A stretch of 64,000 bases of DNA from Octopus sinensis (taxonomy: Eukaryota): NCBI RefSeq assembly GCF_006345805.1, contig NC_043004.1, positions 74,462,001 through 74,526,000 on the forward strand, written 5' to 3'. Of this stretch, positions 12,719 through 27,445 are shown piece by piece. How positions within the stretch are numbered: position 1 is the first letter of the stretch; each line of letters starts with the position of its first letter. The notes under the pieces are model-generated. The model was not told the DNA's origin. It ran no database searches and worked only from the letters and a program-made list of their open reading frames with translations. The position numbers were made by a program, and so were the translations under genes.

Positions 12719-13276
12719 TTGGGTTGTTCGGTAAGTTTGTGCTGATTTTTCAAGGAAAGAAAAAGATTAATAAATACTTGCCATTATATTTTTAATCAAC
12801 CAAATATGAACCATTTTGTTGCACAATGTGTCTCTATCTTTCCTTTAACTTGAAAATACCCTCTTCCCAGAATTGAGGTGGTTTCATGGCAAAGAATTCA
12901 TCAAGGTATCTTTTTACGTCATCTAAGGAATTGAAATTTTTACCATTAAGACTATTCTGCAGAGACCTGAATAAGTGGAAATCCATAATCTGGTGAGTAT
13001 GGAGAGTAGGGTAACACATCCCAGCCAAGCTGCAGCAATTCTTGTTTGGTTCCCAAAGGATCAAATGCCGAAAATGAACTTTCTTATCTCCCATTTTAAA
13101 GGGTTACAGAATTAACACAGGTTATAGGAACATAAACCTTCTTCCACGAAAAGATAGCTTAAACTGTGCTCTAAATAGAGGTGAAGTCAAATCCTATTTT
13201 ATGGACTCAACCATGTTCTAAAATAAGTCAAAAAGTAAGTTACTATAAATCGGCACAAACTTTCCGGACAACCCAA
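12719..13276 (-). mobile_element. Internally deleted mariner element
   Basis: TIRs TTGGGTTGT(T/C)CGG(T/A)AAGTTTGTGC with TA on both sides. Transposase N-term (HFRHLILWE) is joined to the C-term (DFHLFRSLQNSLNGKNF..FWEEGIFKL). Confidence 0.92.
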
Positions 13277-13288
13277 TATTTATGTATG

Positions 13289-13335
<47 letters not shown>

Positions 13336-13342
13336 CATAAGC

Positions 13343-13398
<56 letters not shown>

Positions 13399-14280
13399 AA
13401 CAATAATAATAATAATAATAATAATAAAAAGGTAAAATAAATGAATTAATAATCAATTAATTAGTTAATCTCAAAACGTGTATGTAGCTAATCTGAGTCA
13501 TGTAAATTCGTTATTTTTTTCTTTTTGCCCACGTAAAAAAGTGTGTTACTGTCTGGGAGATCTTTTATGGTAGTAGAAAAGGCATTTAACTGCTATTTCT
13601 AAATTCGGTGCATGGTAAAGCAATTAGCTGATCCCTGATTATAATTATGTTTATAATTATAGAATGTGTATGTACGTACATACATACGTACATACATACA
13701 TACATACATACATACAGACAGACAGACAGACAGACAGAGAGAGAGGCAGACAGACAGACACACTCACACATTTATTAGCTGGCTACAATTTCCTTGTGAA
13801 TCCTTAAGAATTAACTTTTAGCTTCATTGAACTTCTGTTCTAGTGATTTTAAGAAAGTCGTTCATGAGTTTTCAGTCTTTAGAGTGTTGGCCATGAAGAC
13901 TCACAAGAATTCAGTTCTCTGTCTCAAAATTCAAATCCTGCAGAAGTCGACTTTGCTCTCCTTCCTTTCCAGATCAATAAAATAACCAACCAGTAGTGGG
14001 TGGGGAACAGTTGGATAATAGCCAAATAATAATAACAATCCTTTCTACTAAGGGCACAAGGCCTGAAATTTTGGAGGAGGGAACTAGTCAATTACATCGA
14101 CCCGAGTATGCAACTGGTACTTCATTTATCGACCCCTAAAGAGTGAAAGGCAAAGTCAACCTTGGTGGAATTTGAATTCAGAACGTAAAGACTGACAACA
14201 AAATGTAAAGCATTTCATCCAGTGTGCTAATAATAATAATAATCTTTTCCTGTGCCTTAATAATAATTTTACCCAGCACC

Positions 14281-14314
<34 letters not shown>

Positions 14315-14458
14315 CAATAATCTTTTCTACAATAGGCACAAGGCCTGAAATTTGTGTGGAGTAGGTATGGCGATCACATCGACTCCAGTGTTTCACTGGT
14401 ACTTAAGTTATCAACTCTAAAAGGATGGAAGGCAAAATCGATCTCAGCGGAATATATA

Positions 14459-14690
14459 CCTATTTCTTTACTACCCACAAGGGGCTAAACACAGAGGGGA
14501 CAAACAAGGACAGACAAACGAATTAAGTCGATTATATCGACCCCAGTGCGTAACTGGTACTTATTTAATCGACCCCGAAGGGATGAAAGGCAAAGGCGAC
14601 ATCGGCGGAATTTGAACTCAGAACGTAGCGGCAGATGAAATACTGCTAAGCATTTCGCCGGGCGTGCTGCCGATTCTGCCAGCTCGCAGT
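14459..14690 (-). mobile_element. tRNA-derived SINE (GGCGGCGAGCTGGCAG..GAGTTCAAATTCCGCCGAGGTCGAC family); other copies at ~16946, 41259, 62570
   Basis: Near-identical ~230-bp copies with B box GAGTTCAAATTCC. Confidence 0.8.
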
Positions 14691-16704
14691 CTTAATCATA
14701 ATTTTAAAAATTTAAACAAGATTAAGTCGCTTCATCTAAAGAACTGGACAACTTATAGTTTTGGTAAAAGTTCTACTTAAAACGTTGATGTTTGTTCATA
14801 GTGAAAAAACTGTTGCCGTAAATTCGTAAATCGCATATACTGGAATTTGAATTCTGAGGATTCAGCTAGTATATTACTTCCACGTAGTATAACTTGCTTT
14901 ACAAAATCTTTACAAAACCGATTATTAAAATTTTTGAAACAATTTTCTCAACAAACATTTGTTCAATGGCCGAGTAATTTTCATATAAACACAGCAATTT
15001 TGTAAACATTAAACAAATGTTTTGAAGTTTTTTACATTTCTTTTTACGCATCAATGCTATAGTTTTATTATTAATATCGTTTTCATATGCTCTTGGAAAA
15101 ATATAAAAACAAAATTATACATGAAACGTAACGGTATCTGTGTTTCGTGAGTTAAATATTTTTATCAATTAAATATTGAAATAATTCTCTTTAAAACGAA
15201 GGTGTTTGCTCGAAGTATTGATGAGTCAGTCTGCCATAGGAGGTTACAGCAACGCAGATAAAACAATAAATATCAATGATAATAATAACAAAGGCACCCA
15301 AATTTTAACTTATAATAAATTTACATCAAAAGCAACGTGGAAAAAACATGTTAAGGGAGGTAACTCACAAAGCAAAATGCCATTCAAGGGACATAATTGA
15401 TTACTTGCCTCGATAACTATAGCTCGGCGGAAGACTGCATTTAACGTTCACGTTTCTAGTTTCATGTTATTCATTGAGTAAATATCAAAGCTGTGATGAA
15501 ATAATATTCAAATATCTGTCTGGTCCGGATAAAATCGGCACTAAATAAGGTGTTGACTCTTTCATTACCTATCTCTGCTGAATTATACTGCCTTCACTTA
15601 GTGATCTGTAAATCGCCTCCCTACGTTTTTTTCTCATGTCCCAGCTCTGTTTAATCACCAGATTCTTATATTCTTTCTTAGTCAATGTTCTCCCATCATC
15701 AGAGCTGAAGACAACACTAAACGGATATCTTTAAATCTATTTCCAACCTCCAGAACTTTTTGAAATTTTTTCGCAGGCGTGGATGTGTGGTAAGAAGTTT
15801 GTTTCTCAACCACATGGTTCTAGGTTCAATGCCTTCTCCGGCAAGTATCTTCTACTGTAGCTTCGACCCGGCCAAATCCTTGTGAGTGGGTTTAGTTGAC
15901 AAAAACTGAAAGAAGCCTGTCGTATATATGTTTCAACCAAGATCGCTGGAATATTTTTTGTTTCTTTGGACAAATATTTTCCTAATTCTAATCGGTATTT
16001 TAAATCGTCACACAGTGAAGGTATCCTACGCCAACTTTGCTAATTTTCTGCAGCTTATGCACCACATAAACAACAGCAAAATGCGACAACAGTTCAATTA
16101 AACACCTATTGGATCTAGCGCACATTCGCATCTCAATACTAAGATGTAGACCGCAATGAAAAACACCAATTACGGCAAAATTGTAATAGAAGAAATACTT
16201 ATAATACAGCTAACATGGTAACAACGACAAATGCGACAAATGCTCATGCTGGGTAAAATCAAAATGTCCTTTGATGAATCTTTATATGAATACAAATCTT
16301 GTATATAAATGTACAGTGCACACAAGGCGGGGTGGGGGCATGTGTTAACATCGAGTAGACGGCTAATTCATTTAAGAATCGTTATTGCAACCATGTTGCC
16401 AGATTTTAAAATATCATTAAGAGACATTCAACATCTTTGGCCGATTTTGTATGGCGACTGATTGAAGATATACAATTTCCAGATGCCGTCTCTACTCCGA
16501 GGAATCCCTGTCTATTCTGTGGACTAATGAGGAGATCATTAATAGAATTTCTGAAAGACTCTCAAGATGCCTACACGCATATAAATGCACTCTCGCGCAA
16601 TGCAGTGGGAATTAATTTTGAGTAAATGTTAACATAATTTACTTTAAGATGACTCAAGTTTCCTGTTAATCTCTCCATTCTTACAAACACCAAGTAGATC
16701 ATTA

Positions 16705-16902
16705 ATGGGTTGGTGCATAATTATTGCGTTTTTTTTTTTCAAACATCTTCAAATGATTATTCCGGGGCATATTCACCATCTACTTCAATTACTGCTTCCC
16801 ATTTGCTTGGCAGACGGTCAGACCGTCACTTAAAGATGTTTTTGTTAAATTTTGTTAAATAAAATTTCCTGAAAAAGCCGCAATAATTATGCACTAATCC
16901 AA
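16705..16902. mobile_element. mariner-derived MITE
   Basis: TIRs (T)TGGGTTGGTGCATAATTATTGCG with TA on both sides. A solo TIR also lies at ~17595. Confidence 0.8.
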
Positions 16903-17482
16903 TAACGAGTGCCCCCAACCTCACATGTGCGTATGCTCACATTTTCTATTTCTCTACTGCCCACAAGGGGCTAAACACAGAAGGGACAAACAGGACAGAC
17001 AACGGATTAAGTCGATTATATCGACCTCAGTGCGTAAATGGTACTTAATTTATCGACCCCGAAAGGATGAAAGGCAAAGTCGACCTCTTGAACTCAGAAC
17101 GTAACGGCAGACGAAATACAGCTACGCATTTCACCCGGGGTGCTAACGTTTCTTCTGCCAGCTCGCCGCCTTCAGATGTGCGTATGTTCACATTTTCGCA
17201 GATATGAGCGAGTGTACATGCCCCATGCAGCTTGCCCGAGGGCATTTATACATTCATATTTCTTAACGGTTATTTTCAATAATTTTCTCGCTGTATTGCC
17301 TGTTCGTTTCTCTTTTTTCCATTTGTGATTTTATTTAAAAAAACACACAAATTTCCACACGAAAGCACGTGATCTCTGCCCTTGGCATGTAGCTTCAACC
17401 GTGTTTTTCTGACGTGAATTTGCTACCCAGGTACCGGTTAACCGAATTATCCATAATAAGATAATTCATTCAACTACTCAAA

Positions 17483-17550
<68 letters not shown>

Positions 17551-17614
17551 TAGATAGATAGATATATAGATAGATAGATAGATAGATATAGATATTGGGT
17601 TGGTGCATAATTAA

Positions 17615-17795
17615 TGATCGCTTTTTTACTCCCATCGTCATATTTGTGCAGAAGCATGGCTCCTACATCGTAATCACTTGCATCTGTAGCCAAATCCATA
17701 TCCAACTTTGGATCAAAATGCGTTAACGATAAGTCCAATGTTAAAATACTTTTTTAACTTGCCAAATGCTTTCTGGCACTTACCATTCCAGCACC
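17615..17795 (-). mobile_element. Gypsy LTR retrotransposon RT-connection/RNase H fragment
   Basis: LTHFDPKLDMDLATDASDYDVGAMLLHKYDDGSKKAI contains the RNase H-like TDAS motif. Confidence 0.8.
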
Positions 17796-18303
17796 ATTGT
17801 GAACTGCAAATCATAATAGCTTTAACAAAGGTTTACATTTTTTTTTATTTTCTTCCAAAACATTTGAGAAAAGAGAGTTGGGACACAACGAGACATAACA
17901 ATTCCCATCAAATCTGCTTCCTTCCTTCCTTCTTCTCCTTCTTTTGCCACAATACTTTTCAGCTCAGGAATACCAATATTTCCTTTTTTTTAGTTATTTT
18001 TTAATTTCTAGTAGGTGGGGGATGGGGGGAGGCAGTGAGTGAGAGGGAGGGGCTGGAGGAGCCATATACTAAAGAGAAAAAGGTCCAAGGGTGCTGAGAA
18101 GTCACCTGTGCTCTCCCCACCAGAAAAACAAAATGACTCGTTTTTTTTCTCTGAGTTTTGCAAGAATCACAGCTTTTTGAATATTTTAAATGTTTTCAAA
18201 ATTGTCCAATGGAAATTTAGTGTTCTTTGTGTTGCTGGAATGTAAAAAAGTTTCAGGAGAGGTAGATGCATATGGCTCAATGTCTTTAGCTGGGCTTTAT
18301 GAC

Positions 18304-18558
18304 TCAGTGATCCCCCCTTGTTACTAAATCTGCCGTATCTCTCTCCGTATCCTCCGTCGGGTCAAGAGCTTTCGATGTCATTAGAGTCACATAAAGGTTC
18401 TCCTTTTTAGCTTTCTTATCTTTAGGACTTCCGGGTGGTTTCTCATCTGTTTTTGATGGTTTCAGTTCTTTTGCTGGTGTATCCATTCCAAACATTGGGT
18501 TGCTGAAATTTGTTGGTGTCGTAGGATCTGGTAAGCTGTATTCATTTTCAATTGAGGC
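18304..18558 (-). CDS. LRP2: LRP2 terminal exon (cytoplasmic tail)
   Basis: Phase 0; [42 protein letters not shown]. Confidence 0.88.
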   Translation of the reverse strand, partial: ASIENEYSLPDPTTPTNFSNPMFGMDTPAKELKPSKTDEKPPGSPKDKKAKKENLYVTLMTSKALDPTEDTERDTADLVTRGDH

Positions 18559-20636
18559 CTGCAATGTGAGAGAAAAGACTTATATGTAAAAGATTTGTAC
18601 ATTATGGAAAGAAATATAATCAAACAGACTTTTAAATACTGCACTTCATGTGTGTAGATGGAAACTGCAAGGAAGCCTGTCACATATATGTATTATAATT
18701 AGTTTATTTGTCCTTGTTGATCTTGTTGACCAAGGACATTACATGGGAGAGAAAAACAGGACATGGTGTGTCTGGCTGTGGCTGACCAGTCCAATGCATG
18801 CTCAGAAGGTTCTGCTGCGGGTTGGACTCTGATGGTTCTGCTGAGTCTGAAGGCAAGGAGTTGGCACTGGACTTGAGCAGTTCACGTTTACTTCGTGTTC
18901 TGATTGTAAGGGGTAGTACCTCTGCTGGTGCCACTACACCAGGCAGGACTTGTGCTTGTGTCCCCCAGGGGTCAGAGTTGATCCCAAAGCTCTTCAGTGA
19001 GGCTTTGAGTCAATTCTTGAAGTGCTTTTTCTCTCCACCTTACATGTGCTTGTATTCCACCAGTTTGCTATAAAACAATCCCTTGAGAAATCATGTGTCA
19101 TGCATTCAAACAAGGTGGCCTGCCCACCAGACTTATGTACTCCTCGAAAGTGTGTAAATGCTTGGCAGATCAGCTTGAGTGAGGACCTCTGTGTCAGGTG
19201 ATTTTCTACAGCTTTCTCGGGCAGTTCATGTACAAGCAGATCAACTTTTTGGCATGGTGTAAGTGACCAAGTCGACAATGTTAGCTGACACTTCATCAAT
19301 TATGAGTGATTCAGTTGATCGGATCAATGGAACAACCTGCTTATGAAATTAATGTGCAAGTGGCTGAGTACTCCACATACACACATACACTTCACATAGT
19401 TGTCAGGCAGATTCAGTGTGACAAGGCTAGCTCTTTGAAATACAGGTACAACTCATTTTTACCAGCAGAATGGACTGGAGTAATGTGAAGTAAAGTGTCT
19501 TGCTGAAGGACACAGCATGAGATGAACTCAGGACCTTATGATTGCAAGCTGAATACCCTAATCACTAAGCCATGCACCTTAACTGGATGGGACACCTGCC
19601 TGTTGCAATGTGAAATGATATGTTTTGCTGGTTTAGGAAACAAAACCAGGTTTTGTGGCCAGGTGCAGCACCTTAGCAATTAGGCCACCACGGGCCTTCG
19701 TTATGAATACAGGAAACAAAGAAGCAGATTAAAGTTCAATACTCACAATCTCCATTTCTGCTGCATTTTCATAATTTGGGGAATCAATTTGGATGTTTCC
19801 ATTGTCACGGTAAGCTACGACTCCTGAAGGATCATGGGGCTCATCTTGACCCCTAGAGAACAAACCCATGGAAAATATCCTACGCAGTTCGGAAATAAAA
19901 GAAAGAAAAAAAAAATTCAATTAAATGAAGTAGTAAAAATGTGGCAAATGGAAAACAAACAAACAAGAAACCAATTTTAATGAAGTGTGGTTCAGATTAT
20001 TTTCCAACCAACAACATGGTTTGGGGTTCAGTCCCATTGCATGGCACCTTGGTCAAGTGTCTTCTGCTAAAGTTCCAGGCCAACGAAAGCCTTGTGAGAG
20101 GATTTGTTTGATGAAAACTTAAAGAAGGTTGTCACGTATACAAACACACACACACACACACAGAGCTGTTCATAAGCCCATAAAAAGCACACTGTAAATA
20201 ACCTTTTGAGCAATAATATTTAAAGTAGTCGTTAGTTATGGCTGGTCAGAAAGTTACCATAGGTTTCATGCCTCTTATGCTCTTAGCAATATCAGTAACA
20301 CATCAGACCTACTGACCAGAGACACATAACTTCTTTCCCGATGGAGGTAAGAATACAGTATTGGTCCGCCAGGGTTGTGAAAAGCCCTGAAATAAAATTC
20401 TTTGAAGCAAAATCCCTTCTGTGCAAGATGGTGTTATCTCATTTGGACCAGTTCCAGTTAAGTCCAAAAGGTGTCAATTTATGTATGATTTCTGTTCACT
20501 CATAAGCAAGAGGGGAAATCCATGCCTCCAATATAAATTGCTTCTTATGATTGCACCAACTAAACAGTTTGAAGTGTTTAGTTTCAGGGGTTATTTTTCA
20601 CAATCCTAGTTGTCATGGATATATGCCTCTGTGTGT

Positions 20637-20684
<48 letters not shown>

Positions 20685-21264
20685 ATGTGTGCTTGTGTCC
20701 TTTTCTTGACATTGTGTGATTGTAATAAGTGACTTATTCATTTCAAATATTCTGTGAATTCATGTCTGGTCATGTGGAAATATGTTGCTTAGAAACAGGT
20801 GAGGGTCTGTGACAGGAAGGGCATCCTACCATAAAATCTACTTCAATAGCATGCCATAAGACTCATGCGACCATAGAAAAGTGAATGATGATACGATGAC
20901 GATGATGAAGACAGCGGCAGCACTGGTGGTGGTGGTGGTGGTGGTGGTGGCATTGATGGTGACAATGACAATAATGAGAATGACGAGTCATTGCAATGAA
21001 ATGTGTGCTTAATTTTTTGCTCCAGCTGGGAACAATTAGCGAATTTAAACATGAAGGGTACATGACACGGAGATCAGGGAAATCTTTGTTTTGTGAGGTC
21101 ATAGCCCTGTCTGGGCACAATGTGATTAGAATGTGACAGTAAAGAAGTACAAGATGGACTTTTGAAACTGAGCCAACTGGCAAGAGACGTAAGCATAGAC
21201 CAAGGGCCAGACCGAGAATGAAATGGTCGGATAATATCCACAGTCTCAGTTGGTCATGCTTGGG

Positions 21265-21306
<42 letters not shown>

Positions 21307-22837
21307 TATTATCATCGTTTAACGTCCATTTTCCATGCTAGCATGGGTTGGACGGTTCGACTGGGGTCTGGTAAGCCATGGAGGCAGCACCAGGCTCCAG
21401 TCTGATTTGGCAGTGTTTCTACAGCTGGATGCCCTTCCTAACGCCAACCACTCCGTGAGTGTAGTGGGTGTTTTTTACATGCCACCGGCACAGGAGCCAG
21501 AGCAGGCTGGCAAACGGCCACGATCGGTTGGTGCTTTTACGTGTCACCAGTCAGAAATTGTAATAAGAGCTGTTTGTGTGGGAGGACCCTATGAAGGAGG
21601 TGTGGAGGCACGTGGATGAGTGGTTAGAGGTGTTGGACATAAGATTGTGATTTTGATTCTTGGATTGGGTGATGTGTTGTGTTCTTGAACAAAACATTTC
21701 ATTCCACATCGCTCCAGCACACACAGCAGGCAAAAATGAATAACCCTGCAATGGAGTGGTGTCCCATCTAGGTGGGGAATATATATACGCCATAGAGACC
21801 AGTACACTAGCCCTTATGAGGCGACATGACCCAAGAATGGAACTTTAACTTAACCTTATAAAAGAGATGTCTGAAGAGTCTACTTCCAAGACCATCCCAA
21901 GAACAGTGGGCAGAGATGATGGGTGGGTGGATTTGGGAGGGAAAAGATGGCTGTGTGAAAGAAAAATATAAATAAATGCCACACTCTCTGAGTTCTTGTT
22001 GAGTCTTTTTAAATATTCTTACCTGCGTTTTTTAATGAGGTAATAACCAGCTAGAGTCAAGCTCCCATGATCAGCAGTAGAACAATAGGAACTGTAATTG
22101 CTGTGACCTCTGTTTAAAGAAAGAAAGTAAAATGAAAAAGATAAATATTTTGAATATTAGTTCCATCTTTGTATTTGGTTTGCATGATTTTTGATGTGAT
22201 TTCATGTATTGAAACATATTATGATGTATTTTAAGAGGGTCATTATGCCAATAATAAACACACACACTGGCTCTGTTTCATTTCTTAACTATTTAACCAA
22301 TTGACAAATAAAGTGCAATAAAACCAGTGTTTGTGTTTATTGATATAGTGACCTTCCCAAGATGCAATACAATAACATTAATTTTGTTTGAATTATGTCA
22401 AAGGGAAAGGAGATATTGTAACATTTCCTAAAAGTATACACAATGTTAGATTGCTGGTATGAAATGAAACTGAAACTGTACTGACTTCAGCCAGTTTACT
22501 GGCTGGGAAGGTGACGACTGTATTTCATGGCATATGTGATTCCCCCTCCCCTTTTCTTTTTTCCTTTTGAAAAATCAAGTTTCATAAAAAGTCACCCCTG
22601 GTCCTGTATGTGAAGTTGGGTCTCCCAGAAGCATTAAAGCTCTGACAATTTTTTTTCTCTGAAATTCGTTTTCCCAAATTATATATATAACTTATAAAAT
22701 AAGGGCAAAATAAAAATTCTAATTAGAATTTTACTTTTGCCCTTATTTTATAAGTTATTTATAAATTTAACCTTTAAAGGTATTTTTTAATATGCTAGCC
22801 ATTGATAAAAATTTTTTTCGAAAAAAATTTATCCTAC

Positions 22838-22892
<55 letters not shown>

Positions 22893-23730
22893 GGTGGGCT
22901 TCTTTCAACCAAATTCGCCCATAAGGCTTTGGTCGGCCCAGAACTACAGTAGAAAACTAGGTACTATGAAGTAGGACTGAACCTGATACCAAATGGTTGG
23001 GAACAAGTTTCTCAGTAGAAAGCAGTGTGTGTCTATAAATATGAGCACCTGTACGCACACACACACACACAAAATAAGCTTCCATATAGCTTCCATCTAT
23101 TAAATTCCCTTTACAACTTGCGTGTGCTGTGCAGTGAGATTGAACTCAAAACCACATGGTTGTGAAGTGAATCACTCAGCCACAATGTCATGCGTTATGC
23201 TTGCATCATTTATTTTAATTAAGAAGCTTCGTTAAGAATTATAATAGCAAATACTTACTGGTAGACCTGAGGGCACTCAAGAGGCCCCTGGAAGTCATAA
23301 GCGAACAATCCACACCATAATAGCCTTGAAAATAAAATATATTCATTAAGAAAAAGAAATATATATATATATATATTATATAATTCATAAATAAGGGCAA
23401 ACAAAAAACTTCCTAATGCCAAATATGCCGGCATATTTGGCATTAGGAACTTTTTCGTTTGCCCTTATTTATGAATTATATAATTTAGCCTTTAAAGGTA
23501 TTTTTTAATATGGCCATTGATAAAAATTTTTTTCGAAAAAGAAAAAAAATTTTATCCTACATTAGATATATATATCTACATGTATATATACATGTAGATG
23601 TAGGTACGTACATATATGTATGCATATATTTTATTTATTAAATTATATATATATATATATCATCGTCGTCGTCTTCTAACATCCAGCTTCCATGCTGCTT
23701 TGGGTATGCACACACACACACACACACATG

Positions 23731-23768
<38 letters not shown>

Positions 23769-24884
23769 AAGTATGGGGGCTTAGTTCACAGGTGATCTAA
23801 GCAAATAGGTACCCACATGGATCTATGCAGGATTGTACTTATGGACTTATTTCTACAACATCGGAAAGTTAAACTGCGAACTTTTATGCTTCTTTTTTCT
23901 TCTCTCTCTTCATCTCCTTATTCCTTTACTCATGTCTTCTTTGTCATCATTTCATTAATCTATACCCTTCTCATTTTCCCTATTTGTCTCTGATGATGGA
24001 ATATCCCAGAAATAGATTGAGGCCATGCTGGGGCACCACCTTGGAGAATTTTAGTTGAATGAATCAACTCCAAAATATAATCCTTTTTTTAAAGCCTGGT
24101 ACTTCTTCTAATGAACCCTTTGCTGAACTGCTAAGTTATGGGGATGTAAACAAACCAACATAAATCATCAAGCAGTGGTGGGGACAAACACGTGCACACA
24201 CACACACACACACACATAGAATGGGATTCCTTCAGTTTCTGTCTACCAAATCTACTGATAAGGCTTTGGTCAGCCCAAGGCAATAGGAGAAGACATTTGC
24301 CCAAGTTGCCATGCAGTGGGACTGAACCTGAAACCATGTGGTTAGGAAGCAAGCTTCTTAACCATACAGCCATACCTGTGCCTATGCAATCAAATATGGT
24401 GGGTCTTTCAGTGATTGTCCATCATCTCTGAATTCCATGTAATCGTATTCTTTATGCACTTGCTGTGGCACCACAGAGAGAGAGAGAGAGAGGTAGAGAG
24501 AGAGGAGAGAGAGAGAGAGAGAGGTAGAGAGAGAGAGAGAGGTAGAGAGAGAGAGAGGTAGAGAGAGAGAGAGAGAGAGAGAGAGTATCAAGTTAGCCAT
24601 ATTCTGCTTTGGGAGCTGCGTCCTTGGATACTGGGGTTGCCGAGTGAAATATTCAGCATGTGTGTGTTTTGTGTGTGTGTGTGTGTTTGTTTATGTGATT
24701 GTGTGTGGTTATGTATAATTGATTGTGTACATGTGTATGACTGTATGTATGTGATGTGTAACTATGTGTGTGTGTGTAATTGTATGTATGTTTTGTGTTG
24801 TATGTTTAAGTGATTGTGTGTGATTATGTATGTGTGTGTGTGTGTTTGTGTATGTGTGTGACTGTGTGTGAGTGTATGTATGTG

Positions 24885-24948
<64 letters not shown>

Positions 24949-26599
24949 ATGTGTGTACATGAAGTATTTTGTCAGCAATAATTCTTACCTTCCTTGCAGT
25001 GGCAGATGTAAGTTCCATTGCTTCCTCGAATACAAGAACCACCATGGTAACAAATACACATGGGCAATTTCCGGGGCACTTCAAATGCTAATGAGGGTTG
25101 TAAGAAAGGAAATACAGAAGATAAGCTAAATCTTGAGATGTCATGAGAAAGATCAACAGCTGAAGAACTTTTAATATCACATTTATTTATTTACTGCAGG
25201 ACACCTACCCCTGCTCCACCACAACTCTTATCTCTCATCCACTGGCTCAAAGCCACTAAACCCCTCACTCCTACTCCCTCTCCCACTTTGTCTTGCTAGT
25301 TACTTAGCAACCATGTTGGTGCTGGTGCCACATAAAAAGCACAGGTGCTGGTGCCACATGAGAAGTGTCAATGCTGGTCCCACATAAAAAGCACAGGTGC
25401 TGGTGCCACGTAACAGCACAGGTGCTGGTGCCACGTAACAAGCACAGGTGCTGGTGCCACATATAAAGCACAGGTGCTGGTGCCACGTAACAAGCACAGG
25501 TGCTGGTGCCACATATAAAGCACAGGTGCTGGTGCCACAAAGAAAAGCACTGGTGCCACATAAAAAGCACAGGGCTGGCCACGTAACAAGCACAGGTGCT
25601 GGTGCCACGTAACAAGCACAGTGCTGGTGCCACATATAAAGCACAGGTGCTGGTGCCACATATAAAGCACAGGTGCTGGTGCCACATAAGAAAAGCACTG
25701 GTGCCATAAAAAAGCACAGGTACTGGTGCCACATGAGAAGTGTCAATGCTGGTGCCACATAAAAAGCACAGGTGCTGGTGCCACGTAACAAGCACAGGTG
25801 CTGGTGCCACATATAAAGCACAGGTGCTGGTGCCACATAAGAAAAGCACTGGTGCCACATAAAAAGCACAGGTACTGGTGCCACATGAGAAGTGTCAATG
25901 CTGGTGCCACATAAAAAGCACAGGTGCTGGTGCCACGTAACAAGCACAGGTGCTGGTGCCACATATAAAGCACAGGTGCTGGTGCCACATAAGAAAAGCA
26001 CTGGTGCCACATAAAAAGCACAGGTACTGGTGCCACATGAGAAGTGTCAATGCTGGTGCCACATAAAAAGCACAGGTGCTGTGCACGTAAAAGCACAGGT
26101 GCTGGTGCCACATATAAAGCACAGGTGCTGGTGCCACATATAAAGCACAGGTGCTGGTGCCACATAAGAAAAGCACTGGTGCCACGTAAAAAGTCTGGAG
26201 CTGTTGCCATGTAAAAAGCAGCCAATACACTCTGTAAAGTGGTTGGTGTTAGGAAAAGCATCTGGTTGTAGAAACTCTGCCAAAACAGACAATGGAGCCT
26301 GGTACTCATTTTATTGACCCTGGAAGGGATGAATTCAAAGTTGACCTTGGCAGAGTTTGAACTCAGAATTGTAAAACGGACAAAATTCAGTAAAGAATTT
26401 TACCCAGCATGCTAATGATTCTGCCATCTCATTGCCTTTTTAAAAAAAATGATAACATTAATTTCTAACTAAAGCACAAGTCCACATATTTAGAGGTGAG
26501 CATATAATTATATACTCTATTGCTGGCTGTTCACATTCTATCACCTCAACCATTACATTTCAACTATTAGTATGTTCATTAATGTTACCATATATATAT

Positions 26600-26643
<44 letters not shown>

Positions 26644-26840
26644 TATATAAAGGAGCTTCTACAGGACTAGAACTGTTTCATTCAAGAGAATCATCAGGAA
26701 GCTCAAGGAGCTTCCTGATTATTTCTCTTGAATGAAACTTTCTAGTCCTGTAGAAGCTCCTTCTATATAATAAATTAATTTTACTCTGCTATGTATTGAG
26801 TACCTTATTTACTGTGTTAACCCCGAATCAACCTGGGACC

Positions 26841-26877
<37 letters not shown>

Positions 26878-27237
26878 AGCAATAAGATTCAAGTTAATTT
26901 AATGAATTTACTGAATATGGTACCTAACTTAGATGCACCAAAAAACTATACTGTTTTAACAATACAGTAATGTGGGGTGATTATAAGCGAGAAAGAAGCA
27001 ACAAGAATGGATAGGTTTTTTGTACTAAAAACCTATCCATTCTTGTTGCTTCTTTCTCGCGTATATTATATATATATTATGGACTCTTCCATAATATGAT
27101 ACCAGTTATGAAACACCAGCAATGGGCCTGACTGTGATCTCACTTGACTTGACAGGTCTTCTCAGCATGGTGTATTGTCAAGGTCTTGATCACTTGTCAC
27201 TGCCCGCCTGAGGCCTAAAGTTCAAAGGGTGCTCTTT

Positions 27238-27272
<35 letters not shown>

Positions 27273-27411
27273 CATATATATTGAGGTAAAAAGTCGTCAG
27301 AATTTAAAAAAAAATCTTTTTATTTCTTCATTATGTGCTAATTAATGATAATGAAGAAATAAAAAGTTTTTTTTCTGAAAATTCAATTTCTGTGCAACAC
27401 ACCTAGACATA

Positions 27412-27445
<34 letters not shown>

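Noticed and set aside
23986-24023. Confident hammerhead (CTGATGA-tgg..cca-GAAA)
   Set aside because: Stem III and the cleavage site are degenerate; kept only as a weak candidate.
25318-26192. CRISPR-like array, and 180-240 aa ORFs
   Set aside because: The inter-core segments are short recurring variants, not unique spacers. The context is eukaryotic with no cas genes, and the ORFs are repeat translations.
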